Assembly (NCBI GenBank): GCA_963665295.1
Contig: OY762209.1
Location: forward strand, 4,480,001-4,544,000
DNA from: Syntrophorhabdaceae bacterium
GTDB lineage: Bacteria > Desulfobacterota > Syntrophorhabdia > Syntrophorhabdales > Syntrophorhabdaceae
Length of the DNA stretch: 64,000 bases
Direction of reading: 5' to 3'
Shown: one piece after another, positions 8,048 through 18,651 of the stretch
Position numbering within the stretch: position 1 is the stretch's first letter
How the letters are laid out: each line of letters begins with the position of its first letter
The notes under the pieces: model-generated
The model's database searches: none
Seen by the model: the letters and a program-made list of their open reading frames with translations, nothing else
What the model was told of the DNA's origin: nothing
Made by a program: the position numbers and the translations under genes

Positions 8048-8929
8048 ATGGTAAAAGATCACGTAGATTTGACGGCCTTTTTTGCCCTTCTCGGGCTCAC
8101 ACTCCTTTGGGGGATAAACTATTCCGCCATAAAGGTTTCGAATGCGGGCATCTCGCCCGTCTTCACATCTTTTCTGCGCTCCGCTATCGCCTCTGTGTGC
8201 GGCGTGATCTACTGCATATCCATACGACAGCCCCTGTATCACCGTGATATAAGGCTGTTCCATGGCTTTGTGGCGGGCATGCTGTTCGGACTGGAATTCG
8301 TCTTCCTCTATCTCGGTATGTATTACACAAACGCTGCCCGGGCAGCGGTCCTTATGTACCTCTCTCCTTTTGTAGTGGCTATCGGCGCCCACATGTTCCT
8401 TAAAGAGAGGCTCGACACCGTAAAAACGATCGGGCTCGTTCTCGCTTTTGTAGGGGTATACCTCGTATTCCGCGGTAAGCCCGCGTCGTCCGGAAGGTCG
8501 ATGTTCGTGGGCGACCTCCTTGAAATCCTTGCCGCCGTCTTCTGGGGAGCTACGACCCTGTACATAAAGAAGTATCTCGCCGAGAAGGTCCATCCCATAA
8601 ACACGTTTCTCTACCAACTCGTTTTTTCTCTTCCCATCCTCTTTATATCCGCCTGCGTCATGGAGACCAGGTGGATTTTCGACTTCAGCCTTCCGGTTGC
8701 CGGTTCGCTCTTTTATCAGTCCGTCATAGTAGCCTTCGCCTCCTATCTCATGTGGTTTAAACTAATCCACAAATACCCCGTGGCACGACTCTCGGCCTTC
8801 ACCTTCCTCACGCCCATATTCGGCGTTATGTCCGGCGTTTTTTTTCTCAAAGAGCCTTTGACGACAGGGTTGGTGGCAGGACTCTTTCTGGTCTCTATCG
8901 GCATATATTGTGCCAATCATAAACGATGA
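8048..8929 (+). CDS. DMT/EamA family transporter
   Basis: 10 TM segments, two EamA repeats (LLWG..., FLKE.L). Confidence 0.9.
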   Translation: MVKDHVDLTAFFALLGLTLLWGINYSAIKVSNAGISPVFTSFLRSAIASVCGVIYCISIRQPLYHRDIRLFHGFVAGMLFGLEFVFLYLGMYYTNAARAAVLMYLSPFVVAIGAHMFLKERLDTVKTIGLVLAFVGVYLVFRGKPASSGRSMFVGDLLEILAAVFWGATTLYIKKYLAEKVHPINTFLYQLVFSLPILFISACVMETRWIFDFSLPVAGSLFYQSVIVAFASYLMWFKLIHKYPVARLSAFTFLTPIFGVMSGVFFLKEPLTTGLVAGLFLVSIGIYCANHKR

Positions 8930-9903
8930 AAAAACATAAGATCTTCACCATACTAGGATTTCTCATAAGTATTACACTGCTCTATTTCTCGCTGAGAGGG
9001 ATAAGTTTCCGGGAAATATTCAGGACCCTCGACGGCGCCGACCTCAAACTCGTTTTCATCCCCCTGGTCTTTATCGCAATCGCCATCGTGGGCTGTGCGT
9101 TTCGCTGGTCAAAGGTGTGCGGAGGAAACGTGAGGTTCGGCGATACCTTTACCGCCCTGATCATCGGACTCTTTGTGAACAACGTGCTTCCTGCCAGAAT
9201 AGGTGAGATAGCGCGTGGATATGTCCTATCCAAGAAGACGGGGCTCTCCCTCACCTACAGCCTTTCGACTGTGCTTGCCGACAGGCTTTTCGACCTGGCG
9301 GGCCTCCTTGCCATCACTTTCTTCTTCCTTCCAAAACAGGCCTTGCCCCCAGCCGTTTCCAGAGCCATATACATTCTCGTCGCATTGCTGATAGTCTGCG
9401 TCCTCGGTATGTTCGTCCTCAGCCGGAGAAGGTTTGCGGACCGCATCGCAACCATGCTCCACAACATCAAGAAGCCTTTCTTCTCGAAGATAGCCCACAG
9501 GGTGTCGGAGGTTCAGGAAAACCTTCAGCGTATCAACTCCCCCTTCAATCTTCTGGCCTTCACTGCCTTGTCTATCATGACGTGGCTCTCCATGAGCACC
9601 GCCCTCTACTTTGTCGCCTTGTCCCTCGGCGTCAGGATCAACTTCATGTACGTCCCTTTTGTCTGCGCCCTTCTCAATATGGGTCTTACCATCCCCTCCT
9701 CTCCGGGATACATAGGGGTTTATCAGTTCCTTCTCACAAACCTCCTCCTCATCTTCTATGTCCCGAAGACGGAAGCTTTCACGGTTTCCATCCTTTTTCA
9801 CGCAAGCTGGTACATCCCCTATAATGTGCTGGGAGCCATATTGCTCGTAAAAGAAAACCTCAGGTTCAAAGAAATAAGGGATCTCGAGGAAGAGAAACAG
9901 TAG
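8926..9903 (+). CDS. Lysylphosphatidylglycerol synthase TM-domain (flippase-like) protein
   Basis: NNVLPARIGEIAR, DRLFD and PSSPGYIG motifs. Confidence 0.9.
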   Translation: MKKHKIFTILGFLISITLLYFSLRGISFREIFRTLDGADLKLVFIPLVFIAIAIVGCAFRWSKVCGGNVRFGDTFTALIIGLFVNNVLPARIGEIARGYVLSKKTGLSLTYSLSTVLADRLFDLAGLLAITFFFLPKQALPPAVSRAIYILVALLIVCVLGMFVLSRRRFADRIATMLHNIKKPFFSKIAHRVSEVQENLQRINSPFNLLAFTALSIMTWLSMSTALYFVALSLGVRINFMYVPFVCALLNMGLTIPSSPGYIGVYQFLLTNLLLIFYVPKTEAFTVSILFHASWYIPYNVLGAILLVKENLRFKEIRDLEEEKQ

Positions 9904-9917
9904 GCCGCGACGGCGAC

Positions 9918-10631
9918 TCAGATTTTCAACGCGTGCGTCTTGAGATTAAAGCCTTTCCCGGTCTCGTAGCATACATAGGTTGAGCCGGCGAAGAAATCAC
10001 CCGTGTTCAGATAGACCTTCCCGGTCTCCCCCGAACCGTAATCCACCTTGTCCGGCACATGTGAATGAGCAAGGATCACCGCGTCGAATCCATCGTCGAG
10101 CTTCTTGCGGGCGAAGTCCCGGAACAGTTGCTCCACGTGACGGTTATAGGGCTTCTCCTTTCTTGACAGGAAGATCCGCGCCACCATGGCAACCTTCCAC
10201 GTAAGGCGGGGGCCGAGAAAATCCATCACCCATCCGGTAAACGCCGCCTTCAGGATAGTCCTCACCGCACCGCCGACAAATTCGTCGCCGTGAGATACGA
10301 ACAACCGCTTCCCCTCGACGTCAAGGGTCATGGTATGAACACACTTCACGCCCGCGTAGGATTCGAGGAAACCGCCTACGCCGAATTCGTGGTTGCCCTC
10401 CAGGAAATAAACGGCCGTCCCCTTTTTCGTGATATCCCTTATCGCGTCGATCACCCTTTTGTACCACGGGTATATGTAGCCCCGGTGGCCGTGGTAAAAT
10501 TCAAAAATGTCCCCCATGAGGAAGGCTATGTCGGCGCTGCCGCACACCTCCCTGATAAAGGTTTCCACAATTCTCGTCTTCCCCTCGTCGGTCGCATCCA
10601 GGTGTGTATCCGAGAAGAAGACTATTTTCAT
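9918..10631 (-). CDS. lpxH: UDP-2,3-diacylglucosamine diphosphatase (metallophosphoesterase)
   Basis: SDTH, GDIFE, GNHE, HGD, AHSH and NTGD motifs. Confidence 0.8.
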   Translation of the reverse strand: MKIVFFSDTHLDATDEGKTRIVETFIREVCGSADIAFLMGDIFEFYHGHRGYIYPWYKRVIDAIRDITKKGTAVYFLEGNHEFGVGGFLESYAGVKCVHTMTLDVEGKRLFVSHGDEFVGGAVRTILKAAFTGWVMDFLGPRLTWKVAMVARIFLSRKEKPYNRHVEQLFRDFARKKLDDGFDAVILAHSHVPDKVDYGSGETGKVYLNTGDFFAGSTYVCYETGKGFNLKTHALKI

Positions 10632-11467
10632 TATTGTTTGACGAGATATGCGTGGAGGGCCTCCTGCCAGGTTCTCATGGCGACGCCCGTATCGTTCCGG
10701 AGTTTGGCGCAGTCAAACACCGAGTAAGCCGGCCGTCTGGCCTTCCTGTTGAGTCCCGATGACGTTATGGGCGTCACCGCAATGTCCATATGGAGGCAAG
10801 AGAAGATTTCTTTGGCAAATTCGTACCACGTGCAAGACCCGCTGTTCGCCGCATGATAAACACCCGATCTCCCCTTCTCTATAAGATGCCTTATCGGCTC
10901 GGCCAGATCCTTTGCGTAGGTCGGTGCTCCTGTCTGGTCGTTGACGACCCGGGCGGCGCCCGCTTCCTTCGCAATGCGCGTCACCTTGGATATGAAATCG
11001 GTCCCCTCGCGGCCGTAAAGCCATTGGGCCCTCAACACCACTGCGGAGGGCAGTATGTCGAGCACCCGCCTCTCTCCCGACAGCTTTGTCGCGCCATAGG
11101 CCGACATGGGGTTCGGGGTATCATCTTCTCTGTAAGGGAATCTTTTCTCACCGTCAAAGACGTAGTCGGTGCTGAAGTGGACCAAACGGATATTCCGTTC
11201 CTTACAAAGAGCCGCGACAACGGCAGGCCCCTCGCTATTGAGTCGATGCGCGACATCGGGGCGGTCTTCGCAGCCGTCCACGTCGGTCATGGCGGCAAGA
11301 TTGACTATGGCCTGAGGCCGGTGCTCATCGAGGGTGCGAACCCCCGCGTCCCTGTCCGTTATGTCCCACTCTTCAATATCGACGGCGATGATGTCGAAAT
11401 AATCGTTCAGTACCGGGATAATGCTCGCTCCCACCAGACCGTGGCTACCCGTGATCAGGAGTCTCAT
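10631..11467 (-). CDS. rfbD: dTDP-4-dehydrorhamnose reductase
   Basis: GSHGLVG, STDYVFDG, YGATK and RP.YS motifs. Confidence 0.95.
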   Translation of the reverse strand: MRLLITGSHGLVGASIIPVLNDYFDIIAVDIEEWDITDRDAGVRTLDEHRPQAIVNLAAMTDVDGCEDRPDVAHRLNSEGPAVVAALCKERNIRLVHFSTDYVFDGEKRFPYREDDTPNPMSAYGATKLSGERRVLDILPSAVVLRAQWLYGREGTDFISKVTRIAKEAGAARVVNDQTGAPTYAKDLAEPIRHLIEKGRSGVYHAANSGSCTWYEFAKEIFSCLHMDIAVTPITSSGLNRKARRPAYSVFDCAKLRNDTGVAMRTWQEALHAYLVKQ

Positions 11468-11479
11468 AAAATGCTTTCC

Positions 11480-12484
11480 TCACCTGTCCTTATACATCCG
11501 GTCATAATATTCGAGATATTCACCGCTCTTTATCCTCTCCCACCATGGTTTGTGGGAAAGATACCATTGCACCGTCTCTTTCATACCTTCCTCGAAACTC
11601 ATCTTCGTCCGGTAGCCCAGCGCCTTCTTTATCTTTGTGGAGTCGATGGCGTATCTCCTGTCGTGGCCGGGCCGGTCCTTCACGTAGCGTATCAGGCTTT
11701 CCGGCTTTCCAAGGATAGAGAGTATGAGCTTTACGATCTCGATATTGGCCCTTTCGTTTTCACCGCCCACGTTATATATGCTTCCCGTCTCCCCATTATG
11801 AAGCACCAAGTCTATGGCTTCACAGTGGTCCATCACGTGGATCCAGTCCCTCACGTTCATTCCGTCTCCGTACACAGGCAGCTCCCTATCGACAAGGGCA
11901 TTGGTGATTATGAGGGGGATAAGTTTCTCCGGAAACTGATAGGGTCCATAATTGTTGGAACACCTGGTGATGACGACAGGAGTCCCGTAGGTCTTGTAAT
12001 AGGCCATGGCAAGAAGGTCGGCCGACGTCTTCGACGCCGAATACGGACTGTTGGGCGCAAGGGGTGTCTCTTCGGAAAATTTCCCCTCAGCCCCAAGGGA
12101 CCCGTATACCTCATCGGTCGATATCTGGACGAAACGTTTCACGCCTTTCTGCCGGGCGTGTTCCAGGAGATTGAAAGTCCCGGAGATATTGGTTTTCACA
12201 AAGGTGTCGGGGTCCAGAATACTTCTGTCCACGTGGGATTCCGCGGCAAAGTTGACCACCATGTCCACGCCCTGCTCGAAGGCTTTCCTTACGTCTTCCT
12301 TCTCCGCTATATCCCCTTTGATAAAACCGTACCGGGGGTCGCCCACCTGTTCCTTCAGGTTTTCAAGGTTGCCGGCATAGGTAAGCTTGTCGAAGTTCAG
12401 TATGTGGTAAGGGTACTTGGCAAGCATATATCTGACGAAGTTGCTGCCGATAAACCCGCAGCCTCCCGTGACGAGAATCCGCAT
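11480..12484 (-). CDS. rfbB: dTDP-glucose 4,6-dehydratase
   Basis: GGCGFIG, AAESHVDRSI, STDEVYG, YSASK; alternative start at 12493. Confidence 0.97.
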   Translation of the reverse strand: MRILVTGGCGFIGSNFVRYMLAKYPYHILNFDKLTYAGNLENLKEQVGDPRYGFIKGDIAEKEDVRKAFEQGVDMVVNFAAESHVDRSILDPDTFVKTNISGTFNLLEHARQKGVKRFVQISTDEVYGSLGAEGKFSEETPLAPNSPYSASKTSADLLAMAYYKTYGTPVVITRCSNNYGPYQFPEKLIPLIITNALVDRELPVYGDGMNVRDWIHVMDHCEAIDLVLHNGETGSIYNVGGENERANIEIVKLILSILGKPESLIRYVKDRPGHDRRYAIDSTKIKKALGYRTKMSFEEGMKETVQWYLSHKPWWERIKSGEYLEYYDRMYKDR

Positions 12485-12485
12485 A

Positions 12486-12941
12486 TTATCCATCTTTTCT
12501 CTCCCATTTGTAAGGTATCTCGTTTACATGAGGGTCCATTCTGAATTCATCGGGAGCGTTTCTGTCATAAGGCTCAGTCGGTATATTGATGACCAGTGCC
12601 TCTTCCTGGCCCACGCATTTCCAGCCATGATAGACCTTCTTGGGCACCTTCACCATCATGGGGTTGTGGTCACCGATAAAAAACTCCTGCACCTGCCCAC
12701 AACTGGGCGACCCTTCGCGGTCATCGTAAAGCACCAGTTTGAGACTTCCCTTCACGCACACGATAAAGTCATCCTGTTTCTTGTGGTAATGCCACGCCTT
12801 CACGACCTGCGGGTAGGTGGTCGTAAGATAGACCTGACCGAACTGGACGAAAAGATCTTCGTCTCTTCTCAGTATCTCCATCAATCTCCCTCTTTCGTCA
12901 GGGATAAATTTCAACTGCTTCGTTACCACACCGTCAATCAT
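12486..12941 (-). CDS. rfbC: dTDP-4-dehydrorhamnose 3,5-epimerase family protein
   Basis: DERG, KAWHYH cupin motif; located in rml cluster. Confidence 0.9.
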   Translation of the reverse strand: MIDGVVTKQLKFIPDERGRLMEILRRDEDLFVQFGQVYLTTTYPQVVKAWHYHKKQDDFIVCVKGSLKLVLYDDREGSPSCGQVQEFFIGDHNPMMVKVPKKVYHGWKCVGQEEALVINIPTEPYDRNAPDEFRMDPHVNEIPYKWERKDG

Positions 12942-13681
12942 AACTCCCCCTGGTCAGCATTGTTCGCCCCGGTCTGGGACACAAGAAGGTTGGCCCGGAG
13001 CAAAGATTCGAAGGTGCCCGCGTCCGTCCACCACCCTTTAAGCATCTCCCACGTCATTGTACCTTCCCTTACGTAGGCGTTATTCACATCCGTAATCTCC
13101 AGTTCTCCTCTCTCCGAAGGCTTGAGGGTCTTCACAATGTCGAATACGCGGCCATCGTACATATAGATGCCGATGACCGCCAGATTGCTTTTCGGCACCT
13201 TGGGCTTCTCCGTAATGTTCAATAATCTCCCATCCACTATTTCCGCTACTCCGAACCTTTCAGGGTCGGGTACCTCCTTGAGAAGTATCTTGGCCCCTTT
13301 CCCCTGGTCCTTGAAATCCTTCACGGCCTTTACGATATTTCGTTCTATGATATTGTCGCCCAGCACCACGCAGATGGAATCACCATCCGCAAAATACTCC
13401 GCAAGGGAAAGGGCGTCGGCTATGCCGCCCTCGCCCTCCTGGTAGGTATAGTTTATATGCTTGAGGCCGAACTCCTTCCCGTTTCCCAGGAGCCTCAGGA
13501 AGTCACCGGCATGGGTGCCGCCGGTCACGATCATAATATCCGTTATGCCTGCCCTGATGAGCGTCTCGATGGGGTAGTAAATCATCGGTTTGTCATATAT
13601 GGGCAGCAGATGTTTATTCGTAATCCTGGTAAGCGGATTGAGCCTGGAGCCCAAACCACCTGCAAGTATTACACCTTTCAA
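12938..13681 (-). CDS. rfbA: Glucose-1-phosphate thymidylyltransferase
   Basis: GVILAGGLGSRL, KHLLPIYDKPMIYY, RGELEITD, DAGTFESL. Confidence 0.92.
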   Translation of the reverse strand: MKGVILAGGLGSRLNPLTRITNKHLLPIYDKPMIYYPIETLIRAGITDIMIVTGGTHAGDFLRLLGNGKEFGLKHINYTYQEGEGGIADALSLAEYFADGDSICVVLGDNIIERNIVKAVKDFKDQGKGAKILLKEVPDPERFGVAEIVDGRLLNITEKPKVPKSNLAVIGIYMYDGRVFDIVKTLKPSERGELEITDVNNAYVREGTMTWEMLKGWWTDAGTFESLLRANLLVSQTGANNADQGEL

Positions 13682-15831
13682 GGAATTATACCTCCTTGTC
13701 CCGTTCTTGTGATCCCTGACAGATCGATGGATAGGCGGACTGTTGTATCGTTAGGTCTCTTCGACTGAATCAAAGAGAGGTTGAGCGCCCAGCATCCCGG
13801 GCGATAGACGACCTGATACAACGTGTCTATCCACGTCTGGTCTGAAAAAGAATACCGTACATGGTACCGGAAATCAAACAACTTATAGGCCTTTCCCGCG
13901 TCGAAGGCGACTTCGTTGGCCAGATCTCGCGTATAAGCATGGTAGAAGTTCAGAAAGTACTCTTTCGGGGCCTTGTAGGCCAAGGTATTGTATATGGAGG
14001 TGAGACCCTGCCCCTGGGCGTTCCATATGGTCCGGTTCACATAACTGAGGTTGGTGATGGGGTACACGGTCAATTTCGCGCTCACATCCGATAAGCGGTT
14101 TCCATAACCTTTGTAGTCCGTGGACTGATTAAGGTTGCCTGAAAGTCCGTAGGTCTGCTGTATTTCGAAACTGGATACTTCCCGGGCCGACCGGGGAGTC
14201 ATGGCATACAGGTAGTGGTTAAAGGAATAGGTGACCGTATTCTGCTGCGCTATCCTGTCGTAGGGGTCTGCATATGGCAGGTTGCTGTATGAACTGCCGG
14301 GAATAAACGTATATTTGAACGACGGCTTTATCACGCTCTGCATCTGTCCGAGGTTAAGAAGCTGGCTATTGTAGTTCCTTATCAGTTGGACGTTCGAATC
14401 CGCTTCCAATCTGACGGTATGGCGTTCGGCGGTAGAGCTCCCGGTTTCCGTGGTCACCCGGTCTATCATGTAGGCGGTTTGATAATAGGTGGCGCCGAAA
14501 AGGAAGTTGATCCCCTTCACGCTGTAAGGCAGCCTGAACCGCGGTTCGATGCCCCACCTCGTAAACCTGTCTCCCCTCTCCCGGTAAAATGTGGTGAAGT
14601 CGGAATAGAAATCCGTGTAAAACCGGTTCTTCAGAACAGGTATGGACTCGGTAAAGAACGTGGCGTGCGGTAGATATTTGAAGGTGCCGTCGTTGTCTCT
14701 GACCGTCAGGTTCCTGAAGTACGCAGCCTCCACGGTGAGAAGGGACTTGGTAAAGGGCTTCTCCACATAAGCCGTCGACTTGAGTAGATTCTCACTTCTA
14801 AGCAATGGGGTGGGGGCAAAATCGAGGACGAAATCCTTATCGGAGACATAATCGACATTCGCCTTAAAAGTCAAATCTTTAAGGAGTACCTGTTCGTGCT
14901 TACCTTTCGCCTCCCATCTCGTACCGCCGTAATCCCGGTCGGAAATGATGGAAAAATCCCAACTCCCCTTCAAGTCTTCGCGAAGGGAATACCGGAATTC
15001 CGAGCCCACTCTCACGCCCCTGTTCTGAATGTACTGGGCGTAAAGCGTTGCGTCCTTATCTTTCGAAATGGCCCAGAAGAACGACTCCGTGAACTTTATT
15101 CCATCCCTGCTTGACGTGACGATCTCAGGCATGAGAAGTCCGGTCTGTCTGTCTGTCTTGACCGGGAAAAAACCGGCAGGGATATAGAAAACGGGATGAT
15201 CAAGGATGTAGAATCGCATTCCCTTTGTCTTTGCGTAACCGTTGACCGTCACCTTCGCATCGTCGGCCGAAAACTTCCATGCAGGCGTCGAGGGCCCTTC
15301 TATGTCACAGGTAGTGAACTGGCCCTTCTTGATCTCGTATTGGTTCTCCCCCAGTTTCTCGATCTGGGAACCCACGATGCTGAAATTGCCGTCCTTGATG
15401 TACACCTTGCCCTTTTCTATGGTTCCGGTCTTCGTGGAAAGATTCAGATGCATCTTGTCGGAAGTGATTACGTCACCTTCTTCCCGGAAGACCACATTGC
15501 CCTCCGCATATACATCCTCGGTGCCTTTCTTGTAGAGCACATAGTCCGCGGTAAGCATCCTTGTGCCCTCCTTTATCTCCACTTCCCCCTTTGCCGTATA
15601 AGTGTCTTCCGCCTTATTGTATTCAAGGGATTCGGCGGATATATCGACGGGTCCCGAAGGCGTGGTCCGGACGCTTCCTCTCCGGGGCGACAAAGGCTCA
15701 CCCGACGAGGACGGAGGCGAAGCCGGAGACATGGTCAGGATGCCGACCGGCTGGCTACACACGGTCGCAGGCAGAACAAGGGCCCAACCAACAATAACTA
15801 ACCAGGTTATATTTTTAAAAGTTCTCGCCAA
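13678..15831 (-). CDS. lptD: LPS-assembly protein LptD
   Basis: Signal peptide, OstA-like N-terminal domain, FTTC...W, R.TGLL.P, beta-barrel C-terminus with CW. Confidence 0.9.
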   Translation of the reverse strand: MARTFKNITWLVIVGWALVLPATVCSQPVGILTMSPASPPSSSGEPLSPRRGSVRTTPSGPVDISAESLEYNKAEDTYTAKGEVEIKEGTRMLTADYVLYKKGTEDVYAEGNVVFREEGDVITSDKMHLNLSTKTGTIEKGKVYIKDGNFSIVGSQIEKLGENQYEIKKGQFTTCDIEGPSTPAWKFSADDAKVTVNGYAKTKGMRFYILDHPVFYIPAGFFPVKTDRQTGLLMPEIVTSSRDGIKFTESFFWAISKDKDATLYAQYIQNRGVRVGSEFRYSLREDLKGSWDFSIISDRDYGGTRWEAKGKHEQVLLKDLTFKANVDYVSDKDFVLDFAPTPLLRSENLLKSTAYVEKPFTKSLLTVEAAYFRNLTVRDNDGTFKYLPHATFFTESIPVLKNRFYTDFYSDFTTFYRERGDRFTRWGIEPRFRLPYSVKGINFLFGATYYQTAYMIDRVTTETGSSTAERHTVRLEADSNVQLIRNYNSQLLNLGQMQSVIKPSFKYTFIPGSSYSNLPYADPYDRIAQQNTVTYSFNHYLYAMTPRSAREVSSFEIQQTYGLSGNLNQSTDYKGYGNRLSDVSAKLTVYPITNLSYVNRTIWNAQGQGLTSIYNTLAYKAPKEYFLNFYHAYTRDLANEVAFDAGKAYKLFDFRYHVRYSFSDQTWIDTLYQVVYRPGCWALNLSLIQSKRPNDTTVRLSIDLSGITRTGQGGIIP

Positions 15832-17080
15832 TGATCGCTTTCGCCTCTCCGATGGTATAGATTGAACCGGTTATTACGATAATATCGTCGTCCTTTGCCG
15901 CGTTCCGGGCTTCTTTCAGACCATCCTCCACGCTTTCCGTTATGACGGCTCCCGGAGCATAGTCCTGAAGATAACGGGGAGAAAGGGCCCTCTCGATCCG
16001 CGGTTTCGTCATGATCAGGACATCAAAAAGGGGAAGAATCTCATTGAGCATCCCTTCATAGTCCTTATCTTTCATGACACCGAATACCAATATTTTGCGT
16101 CTGTCTCTAAAGCGGCTTCCAATATACTCTTTTAACGCCCTCATTCCGTGCGGGTTATGCGCCCCGTCCAGGAGAACGATCGGTTTCTCCATCACCTGCT
16201 CCAGCCTTCCCTGCCACTCCACATGCCGAAGCCCCTCCCTCATGGATGTCTCGCTTACAGGGAAACCCGGGAGGGTGAGACATTCTCCTGCACACAAGGC
16301 CACTGCGCTGTTGGCGAGTTGATGGTCCCCTCTGAGGTTTACGAAGACATCTTCCATATTTTTCGAGAGGCCGGTATAGCTCATCCGCCGGTCACCCTTC
16401 CTCTCGAAGGAGAAGTCCCTGCCAAGTGCGTAAAAAGGGCTCCCCATTCTCCGGGCAGTCTCCTCGATCACTTCCCGCGCGATGCCTTCGGCGCCCGTAA
16501 CGACGGGTACCCCCTCTTTCACGATACCAGCCTTTTCTTTTGCTATGTCGGGGATCTCGCCGCCCAGGTAATCCATATGATCATACTCGACGTTTGTGAT
16601 GACGCTGACTAATGGTCGTATCACGTTCGTCGAATCGAGTCTCCCCCCGAGACCCGTCTCTATGACGGAAATATCCGTCTCATTTTCGTGAAAATACTGG
16701 AAGGCCAGTGCCGTGGTAAAGTCGAAAAAAGTAAAGAACCTGTTTTCGTCGTTATGCCTGATCTTCTCTCTTATCACGTGCGCGATGGCAGCTACCTCTT
16801 CTTCCGTAATTTCGACTTCATCGATCGAGATTCTCTCCGTAAAGGAGAGAAGGTGGGGAGAAGTGTATTTCCCGACCTTGTAGCCTTCCTCCCGCAGCAT
16901 ACGAGAGAGAATTGACGCCACTGAACCCTTTCCGTTGGTCCCGGCTATGTGAACCGTCTTCAAGTGCCTCTCGGGATTGTCGAGAAGGTTCAGTATCCAC
17001 TCGATATTTTCGAGTCCGAACACCGTTCCAAACTTTTCAAGGCCGTAAAGATACTCCAGGGTGCCGGCAAACCCTTTCAT
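15815..17080 (-). CDS. folC: Folylpolyglutamate synthase / dihydrofolate synthase
   Basis: HIAGTNGKGS, YTSPHL, ETGLGGRLDSTN, DGAHN. Confidence 0.97.
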   Translation of the reverse strand: MKGFAGTLEYLYGLEKFGTVFGLENIEWILNLLDNPERHLKTVHIAGTNGKGSVASILSRMLREEGYKVGKYTSPHLLSFTERISIDEVEITEEEVAAIAHVIREKIRHNDENRFFTFFDFTTALAFQYFHENETDISVIETGLGGRLDSTNVIRPLVSVITNVEYDHMDYLGGEIPDIAKEKAGIVKEGVPVVTGAEGIAREVIEETARRMGSPFYALGRDFSFERKGDRRMSYTGLSKNMEDVFVNLRGDHQLANSAVALCAGECLTLPGFPVSETSMREGLRHVEWQGRLEQVMEKPIVLLDGAHNPHGMRALKEYIGSRFRDRRKILVFGVMKDKDYEGMLNEILPLFDVLIMTKPRIERALSPRYLQDYAPGAVITESVEDGLKEARNAAKDDDIIVITGSIYTIGEAKAIIGENF

Positions 17081-17940
17081 GCAACCAGCGACAGTACCGT
17101 ATGGAGTTTCTGTTTCAATTCCTTTCTCGATACTATCATATCGATCATGCCATGTTCCAGAAGATACTCGGCCCTCTGGAAACCTTTAGGCAATTCTTCC
17201 TTTATGGTGTCTTTGATTACCCGCGGTCCCGCAAACCCGATCATCGCCTTAGGTTCGGCAATGATGATATCCCCCAGCATGCCCATGCTCGCGGTAACTC
17301 CGCCGAGGGTCGGGTCCGTAAGGACGGATATGTAGGGAACCTTCCTGGATTTCAGCCGGTAAATAGCGCCGGACACCTTGGACATCTGCATCAGGGACAT
17401 TATGCCTTCCTGCATACGGGCGCCTCCGGAAGAACAGAAGATAATAACGGGTACCTTCTTGTCCGCACCCTCCTCCAGGATTCTCGTAATCTTTTCCCCT
17501 GCCACCGAGCCCAGGCTGCCGCCCATGAAGGTGAAATCAAAAATGGCGGCCAACGCTTCTATGCCGCCGATCTTTCCTTTGCCGCAATAGAGGGAGTCCT
17601 TCTTCTTCGTGGCCTCCTGGGTCTCCTGCAACCTGTTTTTATATGGTTTCGTATCCTTGAACTTTAAAAAATCAACAGGTTCGATCTTCTTGAAAAGTTC
17701 CACAAATGTGCCTTTGTCAAATGTGAGAGACACTCTCGTCTCGACGGTAATAGGGAAATGGTAAGAGCATTTCAGACAAACGCTCTGGTTCCTTTCCACT
17801 TCCTTTTTATAAAGCAGCTCCTGACAGGAACTGCATTTGATCCAGAGAGACTCCTCCTTTACCGCCTTTTTGATCTCTTTTTCAATATCTATTTCTTTAT
17901 GAAGCTTCGTTTCGCTTTCTTTCTTTCTGAATAATCCCAT
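17077..17940 (-). CDS. accD: Acetyl-CoA carboxylase carboxyltransferase beta subunit
   Basis: CxxC...CxxC zinc ribbon, FMGGSLG, SGGARMQEG; start placed at MGLFRKK. Confidence 0.96.
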   Translation of the reverse strand: MGLFRKKESETKLHKEIDIEKEIKKAVKEESLWIKCSSCQELLYKKEVERNQSVCLKCSYHFPITVETRVSLTFDKGTFVELFKKIEPVDFLKFKDTKPYKNRLQETQEATKKKDSLYCGKGKIGGIEALAAIFDFTFMGGSLGSVAGEKITRILEEGADKKVPVIIFCSSGGARMQEGIMSLMQMSKVSGAIYRLKSRKVPYISVLTDPTLGGVTASMGMLGDIIIAEPKAMIGFAGPRVIKDTIKEELPKGFQRAEYLLEHGMIDMIVSRKELKQKLHTVLSLVA

Positions 17941-17993
17941 CGATATGTTTTCCAGTTGATTTTTTGCTAGAAAACTACCAAAATAAGTATGGC

Positions 17994-18611
17994 ATGTCAA
18001 TAAAAAGGGTCACCATACCTTCATCTCCCCGCCTCGAAGGCATCCTGAAAGAGGACGGCCCTCACGCAGGTGTCGTCATATGCCACCCCCATCCCCTTTA
18101 CGGCGGGGACATGTTCAGCAACGTGGTGGAAGCCATGGAAGAGGGTTTTTCCTCCAAAGGGTTCACTACCCTGCGATTCAATTTCCGTGGCGTGGGGAAA
18201 AGCGAAGGCATCTGGGATGAAGGGAAGGGTGAGGTGGACGATCTGCTCGCCGCCCGGACTTTCCTTGAAAGTCACCTTGATCCCCATGCATCCATCATTC
18301 TGGCAGGTTACTCCTTCGGAGCGTGGATATGCAGCAAGGCCGCCATCAGGGCGCCTGAAGCCGACGGTTTGTTCCTTGTAGCCTACCCCTTCGCGTTTTA
18401 CGACACCGGGGAACTGAGCAGGTTCCGCGGCAAAGTGTACTTTGTCGCCGGAACCCGCGACGACATAGGCCCCGTAGACGCACTTACCGGGTTCTATAGA
18501 GATTTCCCCCTTGTTGATAAATATCTGAAGATTATACCTTCCGACCATTTTTACCGGGGCAAGGAAGGAGAAATAGTGGACTTCATAAAGGAAAACGTGA
18601 CCCTGGGGTAA
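17994..18611 (+). CDS. Alpha/beta fold hydrolase
   Basis: CHPHPLYGG, RFNFRGVG, GYSFG nucleophile elbow, DHF. Confidence 0.92.
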   Translation: MSIKRVTIPSSPRLEGILKEDGPHAGVVICHPHPLYGGDMFSNVVEAMEEGFSSKGFTTLRFNFRGVGKSEGIWDEGKGEVDDLLAARTFLESHLDPHASIILAGYSFGAWICSKAAIRAPEADGLFLVAYPFAFYDTGELSRFRGKVYFVAGTRDDIGPVDALTGFYRDFPLVDKYLKIIPSDHFYRGKEGEIVDFIKENVTLG

Positions 18612-18651
18612 AAAGGGCCGGGGCGCTCCGTCTCCCGTCGGCGGACTCGCG

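Noticed and set aside
10790..12544. 584-aa plus-strand ORF
   Set aside because: Antisense shadow of rfbD/rfbB; no motifs
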